This document shows positions 8,733 through 18,266 of a stretch of DNA of 64,000 bases, in pieces. Every line of letters begins with the position of its first letter. Positions within the stretch are counted from its first letter, which is position 1. This DNA is from Actinomycetota bacterium (GTDB lineage Bacteria; Actinomycetota; UBA4738; HRBIN12). Under the pieces are notes generated by a model, which saw only the letters and a list, made by a program, of their open reading frames with translations, was not told the origin of the DNA and ran no database searches. A program made the position numbers and the translations under genes. The stretch is from the NCBI GenBank assembly GCA_040902745.1, contig JBBDWR010000012.1, forward strand, positions 44,171-108,170, given 5' to 3'.

Positions 8733-9761
8733 TCAGGCCGTGAGGGACGCGCGAACAGCCGCGGCGGCCGCCTCGACGTCCGGATCGCCTACGTCGAGGT
8801 GCCAGACGAATCGAACCTTCCACGGCGTCGCGTCCGCGAGCAGTCCATGTTGCTCGAGTCGCTCGGTCGCCTCTTCGGTCGACCACGAACCGATCTGCGC
8901 GAACACCATGTTCGTCTCGACCCGGCTCGGCTCGACCTCGACCGACGGGATCTGCGCCAGCAACTCGGCGAACCTGCGCGCCCGCGCGTGATCCTCGGCC
9001 AGTCGCTGCACGTGATGGTCGAGCGCGTACATCGCCGCAGCCGCGAGAACACCGACTTGGCGCATCGCTCCCCCGAACTGCAGCCGATATCGGAGCGCAC
9101 GCCGGATCGTCCGTTCGTCGCCGACCAGCATCGAGCCGGCCGGTGCGCCGAGGCCCTTGGAGAAGCAGACGTTGATCGAGTCGAACGGCGCGGCCAGTTC
9201 CGCCAGCGACGCTCCCGTCGCGACGTGCGCGTTCCATAGGCGGGCGCCGTCCAGGTGCGTGCGCAGCCCGTGTCGGTCGGCGAGTTCTCGAACCCGCAGG
9301 GCATGCTTCGCTGAGAGCACCAGTCCGCCGCAGGCGTTGTGGGTGTTCTCGAGCGCGACGAGACGGGTGACCGAATCGTCGGCGTCCTCGTCGGTCTGGA
9401 TGAACGGCTCGAGTTGTTCGATCGGCAGCGTTCCGTCCTCGGAATCGAACCCGCGCAACTGCACGCCCGAGAGGGCAGCCGCTCCCCCCATCTCGTACAA
9501 CATCAGATGACTCCGTTGATGACAGAGGATCTCGTCGCCGCTGTTGCACTGGACACGTACCGCGACCTGGTTGCTCATCGTCCCCGTCGGGAACCACATC
9601 GCAGCGTCTTTGCCGAGCAGGTCCGCCACGCGCTCTTGCAGCGCATTGATCGTGGGGTCCTCGCCCGACTCGTCGTCGCCCACCTCGGCTTCGGCGATCG
9701 CTCGGCGCATCTGTGCACCGGGTCGGGTCTTGGTGTCGGAACGCAGGTCGATCGGTCGCAT
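8733..9761 (-). CDS. ltaE: low-specificity L-threonine aldolase (beta-eliminating lyase fold)
   Basis: MRPIDLRSDTKTRP..EVGDD..GEDPTINALQ..FPTGTMSNQ. ATG 9759-9761 with GGAGGAAT RBS. The longer ORF start at 9914 was rejected. Confidence 0.85.
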   Translation of the reverse strand: MRPIDLRSDTKTRPGAQMRRAIAEAEVGDDESGEDPTINALQERVADLLGKDAAMWFPTGTMSNQVAVRVQCNSGDEILCHQRSHLMLYEMGGAAALSGVQLRGFDSEDGTLPIEQLEPFIQTDEDADDSVTRLVALENTHNACGGLVLSAKHALRVRELADRHGLRTHLDGARLWNAHVATGASLAELAAPFDSINVCFSKGLGAPAGSMLVGDERTIRRALRYRLQFGGAMRQVGVLAAAAMYALDHHVQRLAEDHARARRFAELLAQIPSVEVEPSRVETNMVFAQIGSWSTEEATERLEQHGLLADATPWKVRFVWHLDVGDPDVEAAAAAVRASLTA

Positions 9762-9774
9762 CGAGATTCCTCCG

Positions 9775-9794
9775 CCGGAATGTCGACAGTATAC
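9775..9794. promoter_or_regulatory. palindromic operator site (15/20 to GTAGACTGTCGACAGTCTAC)
   Basis: CCGGAATGTCGACAGTATAC, in the ltaE / aminotransferase divergent promoter region. Confidence 0.6.
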
Positions 9795-9842
9795 AATCGC
9801 GCCCCAAGCGCACTGCGTGCGACCGGCAGATAGGGGTGCGAG

Positions 9843-11201
9843 ATGGGCAAGATCGCCAGGGGGCGACTCGAGGGATTGCTCCAGGACGAACAAGCGCGAT
9901 TCACTCGCGAGCACCCCCGCTCCGAGGCGTTGTTCGAACAGGCCAAGGGGTCATTGCTGGGAGGGGTGCCTATGCCCTGGATGACCGAGTGGGCAGGTCC
10001 TTTCCCCGTCTTCGTGACCGAGGCCGAGGGATCCCGGTTCGAGGACGTCGACGGCAACAGCTACGTCGATCTGTGCCTTGGCGACACCGGCGCGATGGCC
10101 GGGCATGCCCCCAAGGCATCGGTGGAGGCGATCGCCGCGCAGGCGGCCAAGGGGATCACCTTGATGCTCCCGACCGAGGACGCGATCTGGGTGGGCCGGG
10201 AGATGCACCGGCGGTTCGGGTTGCCGTATTGGCAGTTCTGCCTGACGGCGACCGACGCCAACCGGTTCACGATCCGCATCGCCCGTGAACTCACCGGCCG
10301 CGACAAGATCCTCGTCTACAACTGGTGCTACCACGGTTCGGTCGACGAGACGATGACGACGATCTCCGACGACGGGTCGCTCCAGCCCCGGCTCGGCAAC
10401 GTCGGACCTCCCGTGGACTTCGCGCTCACGACGCGCGTCGTGGAATGGAACGATCTCGATGCGCTCGAGGCGGCGCTCGCGCACGGGGACGTCGCCTGTG
10501 TGCTTGCCGAACCCGCGCTGACGAACATCGGGATCGTGCCGCCCGACCCCGGTTACCACGACGCCTTGCGAGAGCTGTGCACCAAGTACGAGACGTTCCT
10601 GGTGATCGACGAGACGCACACGATCTGCGCCGGTCCCGGCGGGGCGACCAGGGCCTGGGGGCTCGAGCCGGACTTCGTCACGATCGGCAAGCCGCTCGCC
10701 GCGGGTGTTCCCGCCGCCTCCTACGGCATGAGCGAGAGGGTCGCGCAGATGATCTACGACCGACCCCAGATCCTCGAGCGCTCGGACACGGGAGGGATCG
10801 GCGGCACGTTGTCGGGCAACGCGCTCTCACTCGCCGGGATGCGTGCAACGCTGGACAACGTGTTGACCGATGAGGCTTTCGATCGGATGTTCGCACTGGC
10901 CGAACGCTGGACGGACGGTGTACAGACCGGGATCGAGGCCCACGCCCTTCCTTGGACGGTGCAGCGTCTAGGCGCCCGAGCCGAGTACTGGTTCTGCGAT
11001 CCGACTCCCCGCAACGGTGGACAGGCGGCGGCCGCACACGACGCCGAGCTGGCCCGCTACACACATCTGTTCGCCCTCAACCGAGGGGTGCTCCTCACGC
11101 CTTTCCATAACATGGCGCTGATGAGCCCGGCGACCACGATCGCCGACGTTGACAGGCACACGGAGGTGTTCGCGGAGACCGCGTCGGCGCTCGTCGGCTG
11201 A
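9843..11201 (+). CDS. class-III PLP aminotransferase (glutamate-1-semialdehyde aminomutase-like subgroup)
   Basis: 452 aa. DVDGNSYVDLCLGDTGAMAGH..VIDETHT..TIGKPLAAGVP (PLP-Lys context). Confidence 0.8.
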   Translation: MGKIARGRLEGLLQDEQARFTREHPRSEALFEQAKGSLLGGVPMPWMTEWAGPFPVFVTEAEGSRFEDVDGNSYVDLCLGDTGAMAGHAPKASVEAIAAQAAKGITLMLPTEDAIWVGREMHRRFGLPYWQFCLTATDANRFTIRIARELTGRDKILVYNWCYHGSVDETMTTISDDGSLQPRLGNVGPPVDFALTTRVVEWNDLDALEAALAHGDVACVLAEPALTNIGIVPPDPGYHDALRELCTKYETFLVIDETHTICAGPGGATRAWGLEPDFVTIGKPLAAGVPAASYGMSERVAQMIYDRPQILERSDTGGIGGTLSGNALSLAGMRATLDNVLTDEAFDRMFALAERWTDGVQTGIEAHALPWTVQRLGARAEYWFCDPTPRNGGQAAAAHDAELARYTHLFALNRGVLLTPFHNMALMSPATTIADVDRHTEVFAETASALVG

Positions 11202-11254
11202 CGATGTGCCAGATGCTCGACGCGACGCGGCTGAACGCCCACGAATACGGGCCG

Positions 11255-11839
11255 CTAGGCGTCGTCCTTGCGTAGATGCAGCTCCGCATCGATCTCCAGC
11301 TGCACCTTCTTGCCGACGAGGAATCCGCCGGTCTCGATCGCGACGTTCCATGTCATCCCGAACTCCTCACGGTCGATCTCACCCTTCGCGGTGAACGCCG
11401 CCGTGGTGGTGCCGAACGGGTCGGGACTGACTCCCTCGAAGTCCGCGTCGAGGACGACCTGCCTGGTGACGTCCTTGATCGTGAGATCGCCGACCAACTG
11501 GAACTCGGTCCCTTCCTTCGGCCGGACCTCCTTGGAGCGGAAGGTCAGCTTCGGAAACTGCTCGATGTCGAGGAAGTCTGCGCTCTTGAGGTGCTTGTCA
11601 CGATCGGCGCTGTTGGTTTCGATGCTGGCCGCGTCGATCTCGACCTCGACCCAGCTCTTCAGTGGGTCCTCTTCGAAGTGCACGGCGCCAGAGATCGTGG
11701 TGAATCGACCGCGGGTCTTCGTCAGGACGTGGCGCGCGACGAACGCGGCACTCGTGTGCGCGGGATCGAGGTCCCATGTGCCGGCGAGCGGCGCGTCGAC
11801 CCCGTTCACCTGGCGTCCGGTAATGGTTTCGGTGCTCAT
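11255..11839 (-). CDS. YceI-family polyisoprenoid-binding protein
   Basis: GTWDLDPAHTSAAFVARHVLTKTRGRF..DAASIETNSADRDKHLKSADFLD. Confidence 0.85.
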   Translation of the reverse strand: MSTETITGRQVNGVDAPLAGTWDLDPAHTSAAFVARHVLTKTRGRFTTISGAVHFEEDPLKSWVEVEIDAASIETNSADRDKHLKSADFLDIEQFPKLTFRSKEVRPKEGTEFQLVGDLTIKDVTRQVVLDADFEGVSPDPFGTTTAAFTAKGEIDREEFGMTWNVAIETGGFLVGKKVQLEIDAELHLRKDDA

Positions 11840-11915
11840 GTGATCCCCCTTCTCTCCGGAGTCCTCCCGGTACCAGCAGGTAGGGAAGGAACTTCAGCTT
11901 CTGGGTGTTCTAACC

Positions 11916-11932
11916 GATAGTGAGCTACTATC
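11916..11932. promoter_or_regulatory. inverted repeat GATAGT-N5-ACTATC in the yceI/hxlR divergent region
   Basis: The only AT-rich patch of the window. 6-bp perfect arms. Plausible HxlR operator. Confidence 0.4.
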
Positions 11933-11952
11933 TATTCCAGAGTTACTAAGGA

Positions 11953-12390
11953 ATGTGGAGTCCCCCGATGCCCGACCGACAGCTCGAGACGAACCCCCTG
12001 CTTGCGACCCCTCCGGGAAGAACATCTGCGCGGATGCAACCCGTTCAGGACGAGACCGCCCCGGTGTGTAAGCACTTCCAGCGAGCAGCCGAGATCATCG
12101 GCAAGCGCTGGACAACGCAGATCATCCGCGCCCTGCTTCAGGACGTCAGCCGCTATACCGACATCCGAGTGGCCGTATCCGGCATCTCTGACCACTTGCT
12201 CTCCGAACGACTCAAGGAGCTCGAGTCCGAAGGCATCGTGGCCCGGTGCGTGACCCCCGACACCCCCGTCCGGATCGACTACCGCCTGACGGACAAAGGC
12301 AAGGACCTCACCGGCTCGATCGAGGCGCTCGCTGCCTGGGCCGAACGCTGGGCAGCCGCCGACCCCGGCGCAGCGCCGCCGGAGTCCTAG
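11953..12390 (+). CDS. HxlR-family transcriptional regulator
   Basis: CKHFQRAAEIIGKRWTTQIIRALL..ISDHLLSERLKELESEGIV. The true start may be ATG 12034. Confidence 0.85.
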   Translation: MWSPPMPDRQLETNPLLATPPGRTSARMQPVQDETAPVCKHFQRAAEIIGKRWTTQIIRALLQDVSRYTDIRVAVSGISDHLLSERLKELESEGIVARCVTPDTPVRIDYRLTDKGKDLTGSIEALAAWAERWAAADPGAAPPES

Positions 12391-13412
12391 TCCGGGACGA
12401 ACACCTCGGTGGTGTCGGTCGCTAGTCCCCCGCCCTGACGCATACCCCCGTCGGCGACGTACACACGCCCGCCCCGGACGACCGCCTGGAAGCCGTGGCG
12501 ACGAGAACGCATCGGTGCGAGCGTGCGCCACGTGTTGCCGACCGGGTCGTAGGCCTCGACTTTCCGGTACGCCTTCCCGTTGCCTTCGCCGCCGATCACG
12601 AGGATCTCATCACCGAGCAACGCCACGGCGTAGCCCCCCCGCGGGGTCGGCAACTCCGCGTAGCCGGACGTCCAGTCACCCGTCGACAGATCGAGCGCGT
12701 CGACGTAGCCGAACGGTGTCTGCGCCATCCCGGTCCTGCCGCCGATCGCCCACAGCATGTCGTCGACGACCACTGCTTGGAAATGATCCCGGGCCCTCGG
12801 CATGTCGGGGAGCGAGGTCCATTCGTCCGCGATCGGGTCATAGACGTCAACCCACGGGACGGCGATGTTCTCGCCCGAGATCGGCTCGGCGATCAGGCCA
12901 CCGACGTAGTAGATCAACCCGTCGTGTACGGCGACTCCGCCGGCGCCGCGCTCCCGCCCTTCGGGCATCGGGGCGCCAGAGTCGATCGAGCCCGAGGCGG
13001 GATCGTAGACCCATACCGAATCGGATGCGGGCTTGGGTCTCCCCGGCTGCATCACGAGCCCACCGATCCAGTAGATCCGTCGATCGAGCACCACCGCCTG
13101 GATGTGGTTCAGCACTGCCGGCAGATCGCCCAACGGCACCCAGACGTCGCGGCGGAAGTTGTAGCGCTCGAGCAACGTGCCACCCCAGCCGAGGTAGGCG
13201 AAACGACCGACGCGAGCCATCGCGACCTCGCCGCGGGCGAGACCCGTGCTCTCCCGAGCCAGCCACTGTCCCGAAGCCCCTGCACGAACGACCGCGTCTG
13301 CCTCGGAGCGATCGGCTGCAGGAGCCGCTGGCGGGAGCGTGAGGAACGTCGTCGCGAGCACCACGCACACGACGCCCGCAAAAGGGAGGGATATCCGGCG
13401 ACCCGGGTTCAT
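12387..13412 (-). CDS. secreted Kelch-repeat protein
   Basis: Signal peptide MNPGRRISLPFAGVVCVVLATTFLTLPPAAPAA. Repeated ..IYWIGG / IYYVGG / LWAIGG / ILVIGG blades. ATGA overlap with the upstream gene. Confidence 0.8.
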   Translation of the reverse strand: MNPGRRISLPFAGVVCVVLATTFLTLPPAAPAADRSEADAVVRAGASGQWLARESTGLARGEVAMARVGRFAYLGWGGTLLERYNFRRDVWVPLGDLPAVLNHIQAVVLDRRIYWIGGLVMQPGRPKPASDSVWVYDPASGSIDSGAPMPEGRERGAGGVAVHDGLIYYVGGLIAEPISGENIAVPWVDVYDPIADEWTSLPDMPRARDHFQAVVVDDMLWAIGGRTGMAQTPFGYVDALDLSTGDWTSGYAELPTPRGGYAVALLGDEILVIGGEGNGKAYRKVEAYDPVGNTWRTLAPMRSRRHGFQAVVRGGRVYVADGGMRQGGGLATDTTEVFVPD

Positions 13413-15811
13413 CGTTGTCTATCCGCTCTTGCGTTTCCTGCGGGAGACGCGACTGCCTTCAGTGAATCCCATACGGCTGGGAACGGTGGGCCGGACCCAG
13501 CCGAGGTGCAGAGCAATCCGACCGCGATCCCCTCATCGGCGTCGACCCAGGCGGTCGGCACTGCGACCGGGGGGCCGAGCCACTCGACCGGGCCGGCCGA
13601 CCCCTGATCGACGATGGCGTATCCGGACCGCACGGACGAGGCTTCGGGATCTAGCTCGACGATCAGATCGACGGCCTCCGGGCCGGGCAGGGTGAGATCG
13701 ATCGATCGTCGCGCACCGATCGAGCCCCCGAGTTCGCGCAAGAAGCTGACGCCCCGCTCGCCGAGAGACACCGCGATGTAGTCGTCCTGACCACCGGTAC
13801 CGAGCTGGATCCCGACCGCTTGACGGCCCACCGGCGCGGCTCCGCCGAAGGGCGCCAGGACCCGGGAACGGACCCGAAGTGCAGGCGATCCGGGGTCGAC
13901 GTCGATCCCGACCTGGAAGCCCTGATCCTGGGAGTTGGCGAGCCCGCGTGCCGTACCCGCGGTCGCATCGTCGATCGCGAAGGTTCCCGTCGCACTTCCC
14001 ACGGTCATGCCGGCAGGATCGAACCGATCCGAGTAGTCCGTGACCCCGTCGTTCATCAAGCCGGTGAACCCGCTCCCCAGCAGACCGCCCTGATCGTCCT
14101 CCCCGGGATCCCACGTGAGGCGCAGCGGCACAGCCGTGGTACTTCCGTTCTCAGGATCCACCGCGAATCGGTCGGTCCGGTCGTTTAGGCCGTCGTCGTC
14201 ATCGTCGAGGTCCAACGGATCCGAGGTGAAGTCGCCGTCCGCGTCCGCAGGAGTGTCGGCCGCGGAGCACGGGTCCGTGGCGTTCGCGACCTCGTCGGCG
14301 TTGTCGTATCCGTCTGCGTCTTCGTCGATCGCGGGGTCGTCGATCCCGGAGCACGATGGAGGCGCCCCTCCGTAGTCGTTCGGCTCGAAGACCACGATCC
14401 TGCTCGTCAGGTGATCGGAGACCCAGATCGTTCCCGGGAAGGGGCCGTCGTCCCCTTGCGCCCACACATCCAGTGGCTTCTTCGCGGCAGTGGAGAACAG
14501 CGTGTCGACAGAAGTGACGGCCGTGCCGTCCGGGGTCAGCTGGATCCGCGAAACCCGGTTGTCGAGTAGCGTCGCGACGAGCAGCTCGCCGGTCATGGCA
14601 CCGGCGAAGTTTGACGCGGTGTACTCCGCGATCCCGTTGGTGGATTCGGCGAAGGTCGCGAGCGAACCTCGCTCCGGGCCCGGGTCCAGAAAGGCGCACT
14701 CGACGGGATTGCCCGCCGGGACCGGCGATTGCCCGCCCCACACGTTGGCGGTGTTGGCTCGCGTCGGGTTCGGGGCACCGTTGTAGTCGCCGGGTCCCTG
14801 GACAAGGTGCAAGCTATCCGGTCGAGACTCGCCGGGCTCGCTGGGCTCGTCCGTGCAGATACCCGCCGGCCCTTCCTCCACGGGAAGCCCCCCTGCCCCC
14901 GCGTTCGGACCGTTGTCGGTGGCGTAGAGACGTCCGTTGGAGGCGAGCACGAGGTCGAAGGGGTTGCGGAACCCGGGCGAGTACACCTGCACGGGACCCT
15001 CGGGGACGATCCGAGCCTGGTTACGGCCGTCGTTGCCGCCGAACGGGTCGTTCGCGTCGATCGGGCCGGGCCGCGTGTGGTCGTTCAGCGTGGGGATGTC
15101 GTACGGGAGCTGACCGAGACCCGCGAGATCGACCGAAAGGATCGCACCGGACAGCGCGTACTCCGGAAGGTAGGCAAGCGAAGCGGACGGCGCTCCCATG
15201 TTCGTGTTCCCACCCTGCGCGACGAACAGCGTGTCGGACTCGGGATCCAGCGCGAGGCCGTTCGTCACGTGGACCTCCTCCGAGCGGGGCAATCCGCGAA
15301 CGAGCAGACGATGCACCCACTTCGACCCGTTCCATCGCAGCCTCGAGACGGTCCCGGAGTTCGTGTCGAGCCCCGTGTCGCCGATGTGCATCCCACCGCG
15401 AGGGTCACTGGACGTGACGAACAGCACCGGGTGTTCGGGCTTTCCGGTGACGAGTAGACCGGTCACGAGACGACCGGCTACCGCCGGGTTGGGAGTGCCG
15501 TCATCGTCGTGATTGGGGATCGTCGCGACCTTGACGATCGTCTCCGTTGCGGCCACGCGGAAGTCGTTCGGACCGTCGCGGACCACCGAATACACGTTGA
15601 TCCTTCCGTCGACTTGGCCGACGTAGAGTCGCCCGTCGGGACCGAACTGCAACGAGGTGGGCCGCACCGACACGTGAGCGGCGAGATCAACCTTGCCGAA
15701 GCCGATCGCCGCTCCGTCCAGCTGAGCAGAACCGGCCCCCAGAGTGCCGGCAGCGAGGAGGAACACGGTGATCCCTCGGCCAAGCCGGCGACCTCGGTGC
15801 GAATGGATCAT
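13409..15811 (-). CDS. secreted glucose/sorbosone-dehydrogenase-like beta-propeller protein with thrombospondin type-3 (Ca-binding Asp-rich) repeats and a C-terminal beta-sandwich-like domain
   Basis: Start trimmed to ATG 15809-15811 (MIHSHRGRRLGRGITVFLLAAG signal). SLQFGPDGRLYV, YSPGFRNPFDL, DEDADGYDNADE..DADGDFTSDPLDLDDDDDGLND. Confidence 0.75.
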   Translation of the reverse strand: MIHSHRGRRLGRGITVFLLAAGTLGAGSAQLDGAAIGFGKVDLAAHVSVRPTSLQFGPDGRLYVGQVDGRINVYSVVRDGPNDFRVAATETIVKVATIPNHDDDGTPNPAVAGRLVTGLLVTGKPEHPVLFVTSSDPRGGMHIGDTGLDTNSGTVSRLRWNGSKWVHRLLVRGLPRSEEVHVTNGLALDPESDTLFVAQGGNTNMGAPSASLAYLPEYALSGAILSVDLAGLGQLPYDIPTLNDHTRPGPIDANDPFGGNDGRNQARIVPEGPVQVYSPGFRNPFDLVLASNGRLYATDNGPNAGAGGLPVEEGPAGICTDEPSEPGESRPDSLHLVQGPGDYNGAPNPTRANTANVWGGQSPVPAGNPVECAFLDPGPERGSLATFAESTNGIAEYTASNFAGAMTGELLVATLLDNRVSRIQLTPDGTAVTSVDTLFSTAAKKPLDVWAQGDDGPFPGTIWVSDHLTSRIVVFEPNDYGGAPPSCSGIDDPAIDEDADGYDNADEVANATDPCSAADTPADADGDFTSDPLDLDDDDDGLNDRTDRFAVDPENGSTTAVPLRLTWDPGEDDQGGLLGSGFTGLMNDGVTDYSDRFDPAGMTVGSATGTFAIDDATAGTARGLANSQDQGFQVGIDVDPGSPALRVRSRVLAPFGGAAPVGRQAVGIQLGTGGQDDYIAVSLGERGVSFLRELGGSIGARRSIDLTLPGPEAVDLIVELDPEASSVRSGYAIVDQGSAGPVEWLGPPVAVPTAWVDADEGIAVGLLCTSAGSGPPFPAVWDSLKAVASPAGNARADRQR

Positions 15812-15878
15812 CCCGTCGGCCCTTCTCGTTCCTCCAGCGAACGGGGGGCGACCACAGGGGCTGCCGAAAGCGTCAAGA

Positions 15879-18266
15879 TCACGGTGCGCCGCCGACGAGG
15901 GACGTCGCCTTGAGCGAATCCCACACCGCGGGGAACGTCGGGGCCGGACCCTCGGACGTCGCGGTGACACCCACAGCGAGTCCCGCGGTCGCCGCGATCC
16001 AGCCGGCAGGAACGGATACGGGTGGGCCGAGGGCGATCGCCGGGCCGGCCGCTCCTGCGTTCACCGAGGCGTAGCGAGGCTGCACCGTCGACGCCGCCGG
16101 ATCCACTTCGAGGATGAGATCGACCGCCTCCGGACCCGGCAGGACGAACGGCGTCGATCGGCGCGCGCCGATCGTCCCATTGCGTTCGCGCAAAAAAGAG
16201 ACGCCATCGGCCGTGAGCGACAACTCCACGTAGTCGTCCTGGCCGCCGGTGCCGAGCACGATGCCCACGGCTTGGCCGGGTTCGGGAGCCTGATCACCGA
16301 ACGGAGCCACGACGCGGCCACGCAGCCGGAACGTGCCGCTGGTCGGCCCGATGTCGATCCCCGCCTGGAAGCCGAAGTCCTGCGTGTTCGCTGGGCCGTG
16401 GGAGGTTCCCTCTCCGGCGGCGTCGATCGTGAGCGACCCCGTGGCGCTGCCGACCGTCATGGCCGACGGATCGAAGCGATCCGCGTAGTCGCGCACGCCG
16501 TCGGACATCAGCCCGGTGAACCCGGAATCGAGCAGTCCTCCCGGGCTCGGATCGCCCGCGTCCCACGTGAGCCGCAGCGGCAGCGTGCTCGATCTCCCGT
16601 CGTCCGGATCCACCGCGAAGGCATCGACCTCGTCGCCGAGACCGTCGTTGTCGTCGTCGGGATCGGCACCGTCCGAGGTCAGATCGCCGTCCGCGTCGGG
16701 AGGAACGTCGGCGGCGGAGCACGGATCGGTCCCATTGGCCAGCTCGTCGGCGTTGTCGTAGCCGTCGCCGTCCTCGTCCAACGCGGGGTCGTGCAGGCCG
16801 GTGCAAGGCGGTGGCGTGCCGTCATAGTCGTTGGGCTCGAACACCGCGATCTTTCCCGACGGGTGGTCGGCGACCCAGATCGTTCCGGGGAACGGCCCCG
16901 AGTCGGGTTGCGTCGTCACGTCGAGCGGGCGCTTGGCCACCCCGGAGAAGAGGGTGTCGACCGAAGACGCCGTGCTCCCGTCGGTGGAGAGCTGCACCCG
17001 CGACACGAGGTTGTCCAGCAGGGTTACCAGGAGCAGATCGCCTTGCATCGCGCCCTCGAAGTTCGACGCGGTGTATTCGGCGATCCCGTTGGTCGACTCG
17101 GGGAACGTCGCGAGCGACCCGCGCGCTGGTCCCGAGTCCAAGAAGTCGCACTCCACCGGGTTCGCGCCGACCGCTGCGACCGGAGAGCGGTTCCCCCAGG
17201 TGTTCTCAGTGTTGCCGCGCGTCGGGTTGGGAGCCCCGTTGTAGTCATCCGGTCCTTCGACCAGGTGCAGGCTGTCGAACGCGGTCTCCCCCGGCTCCTG
17301 CGGTTCGTCCGTACACACGCCCCCGGGCCCTTCGCCCGCCGGGAGGCCGCCCGCGCCGGCGTTGGGCCCGTTGTCGGTCGCGTAGAGCAGACCGTTGGAC
17401 GCGAGCAGCACGTCGTACGGATTCCGGAACCCGGGCGAGTAGACCTGCACGGGACCGCCGGGCACGATCTTGGCCTGGTTCCGTCCATCGTTGCCGCCGA
17501 ACGGGTCGTTGGCGTCCGGGCTCCCGGGGCGCGAACGATCGTTGAGGGTCGGCAGCTCGTACGGACCGTTGCCCACAGCGACCAGGTCCACCGACAAGAT
17601 CGCGCCCGACAACGCGTACTCGGGCAAGAAGTTGAACGACGCCGAGGGCGCGCCCATGTTCGTGTGTCCACCCTGCGCGATGTAGAGGGTGTCGGATGCA
17701 GCGTCCACGGCCAAGCCGTTCGTCGCGTGCACCTCTTCGGATCGGGGCAGGCCCACCACGAGCACCCGGTGCCGCCAGCGCGTGCCGGTCCACGCCAGCC
17801 GCGAGAGGGAGCCCGAGTTCGTGTCCAGTCCGGTATCGCCGGTCTCGGAGTTCCCGATCCGCGGGTCGCTGGAGGTCACGTAGAGCACCGGGCGGACGGC
17901 CGTGCCGACCACGAGCATCCCGGTCACGAACCGCCCGGTCACCGACGGATTCAAAGTGCCATCGTCGTCGTGATTCGGGATCGAGCGGACCGCCGAGATC
18001 GTCTCGGTCGCGCCGACCCGGTACGTGTTGGGACCATCGCGGACGATCGCGTATGCGTAGATCTTTCCGTCGAGCTGAGCCACGTAGAGGCGTCCGTCGG
18101 GACCGAACTGCAGCGACGTGGGACGCTCCGAGCGCTCCAGAGACAGCAGGCCTTTGCCGAAGCCGATCGCGGCGCCCCCCGCGCGAACGGGCGCGGCGGC
18201 GAGCACCCCTGCGGCGAGCACCACCGTGAGGAACACCACCCCGACGTGTCGGCGGCGAGTTCTCAT
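15879..18266 (-). CDS. tandem paralogue of 13409..15811 (GSDH-like propeller + TSP3 repeats)
   Basis: Alignable by eye over its full length to the neighbouring gene (SLQFGPDGRLYV, YSPGFRNPYDV, DEDGDGYDNADE). ATGA overlap with the sulfatase gene. Confidence 0.75.
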   Translation of the reverse strand: MRTRRRHVGVVFLTVVLAAGVLAAAPVRAGGAAIGFGKGLLSLERSERPTSLQFGPDGRLYVAQLDGKIYAYAIVRDGPNTYRVGATETISAVRSIPNHDDDGTLNPSVTGRFVTGMLVVGTAVRPVLYVTSSDPRIGNSETGDTGLDTNSGSLSRLAWTGTRWRHRVLVVGLPRSEEVHATNGLAVDAASDTLYIAQGGHTNMGAPSASFNFLPEYALSGAILSVDLVAVGNGPYELPTLNDRSRPGSPDANDPFGGNDGRNQAKIVPGGPVQVYSPGFRNPYDVLLASNGLLYATDNGPNAGAGGLPAGEGPGGVCTDEPQEPGETAFDSLHLVEGPDDYNGAPNPTRGNTENTWGNRSPVAAVGANPVECDFLDSGPARGSLATFPESTNGIAEYTASNFEGAMQGDLLLVTLLDNLVSRVQLSTDGSTASSVDTLFSGVAKRPLDVTTQPDSGPFPGTIWVADHPSGKIAVFEPNDYDGTPPPCTGLHDPALDEDGDGYDNADELANGTDPCSAADVPPDADGDLTSDGADPDDDNDGLGDEVDAFAVDPDDGRSSTLPLRLTWDAGDPSPGGLLDSGFTGLMSDGVRDYADRFDPSAMTVGSATGSLTIDAAGEGTSHGPANTQDFGFQAGIDIGPTSGTFRLRGRVVAPFGDQAPEPGQAVGIVLGTGGQDDYVELSLTADGVSFLRERNGTIGARRSTPFVLPGPEAVDLILEVDPAASTVQPRYASVNAGAAGPAIALGPPVSVPAGWIAATAGLAVGVTATSEGPAPTFPAVWDSLKATSLVGGAP

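Noticed and set aside
14190-14350. Asp-rich repeated coding segments (TSP3 repeats) as DNA-level tandem repeats or a CRISPR-like array
   Set aside because: The periodicity is at the protein-motif level (DxDxDG-type Ca-binding repeats) inside a continuous ORF. There are no conserved direct DNA repeats with spacers.
14503-14510. TGTCGACA core inside the GSDH-like gene as a ninth operator
   Set aside because: It is intragenic, the flanks do not match the 20-bp consensus, and GTCGAC-containing octamers are expected by chance in high-GC coding DNA.
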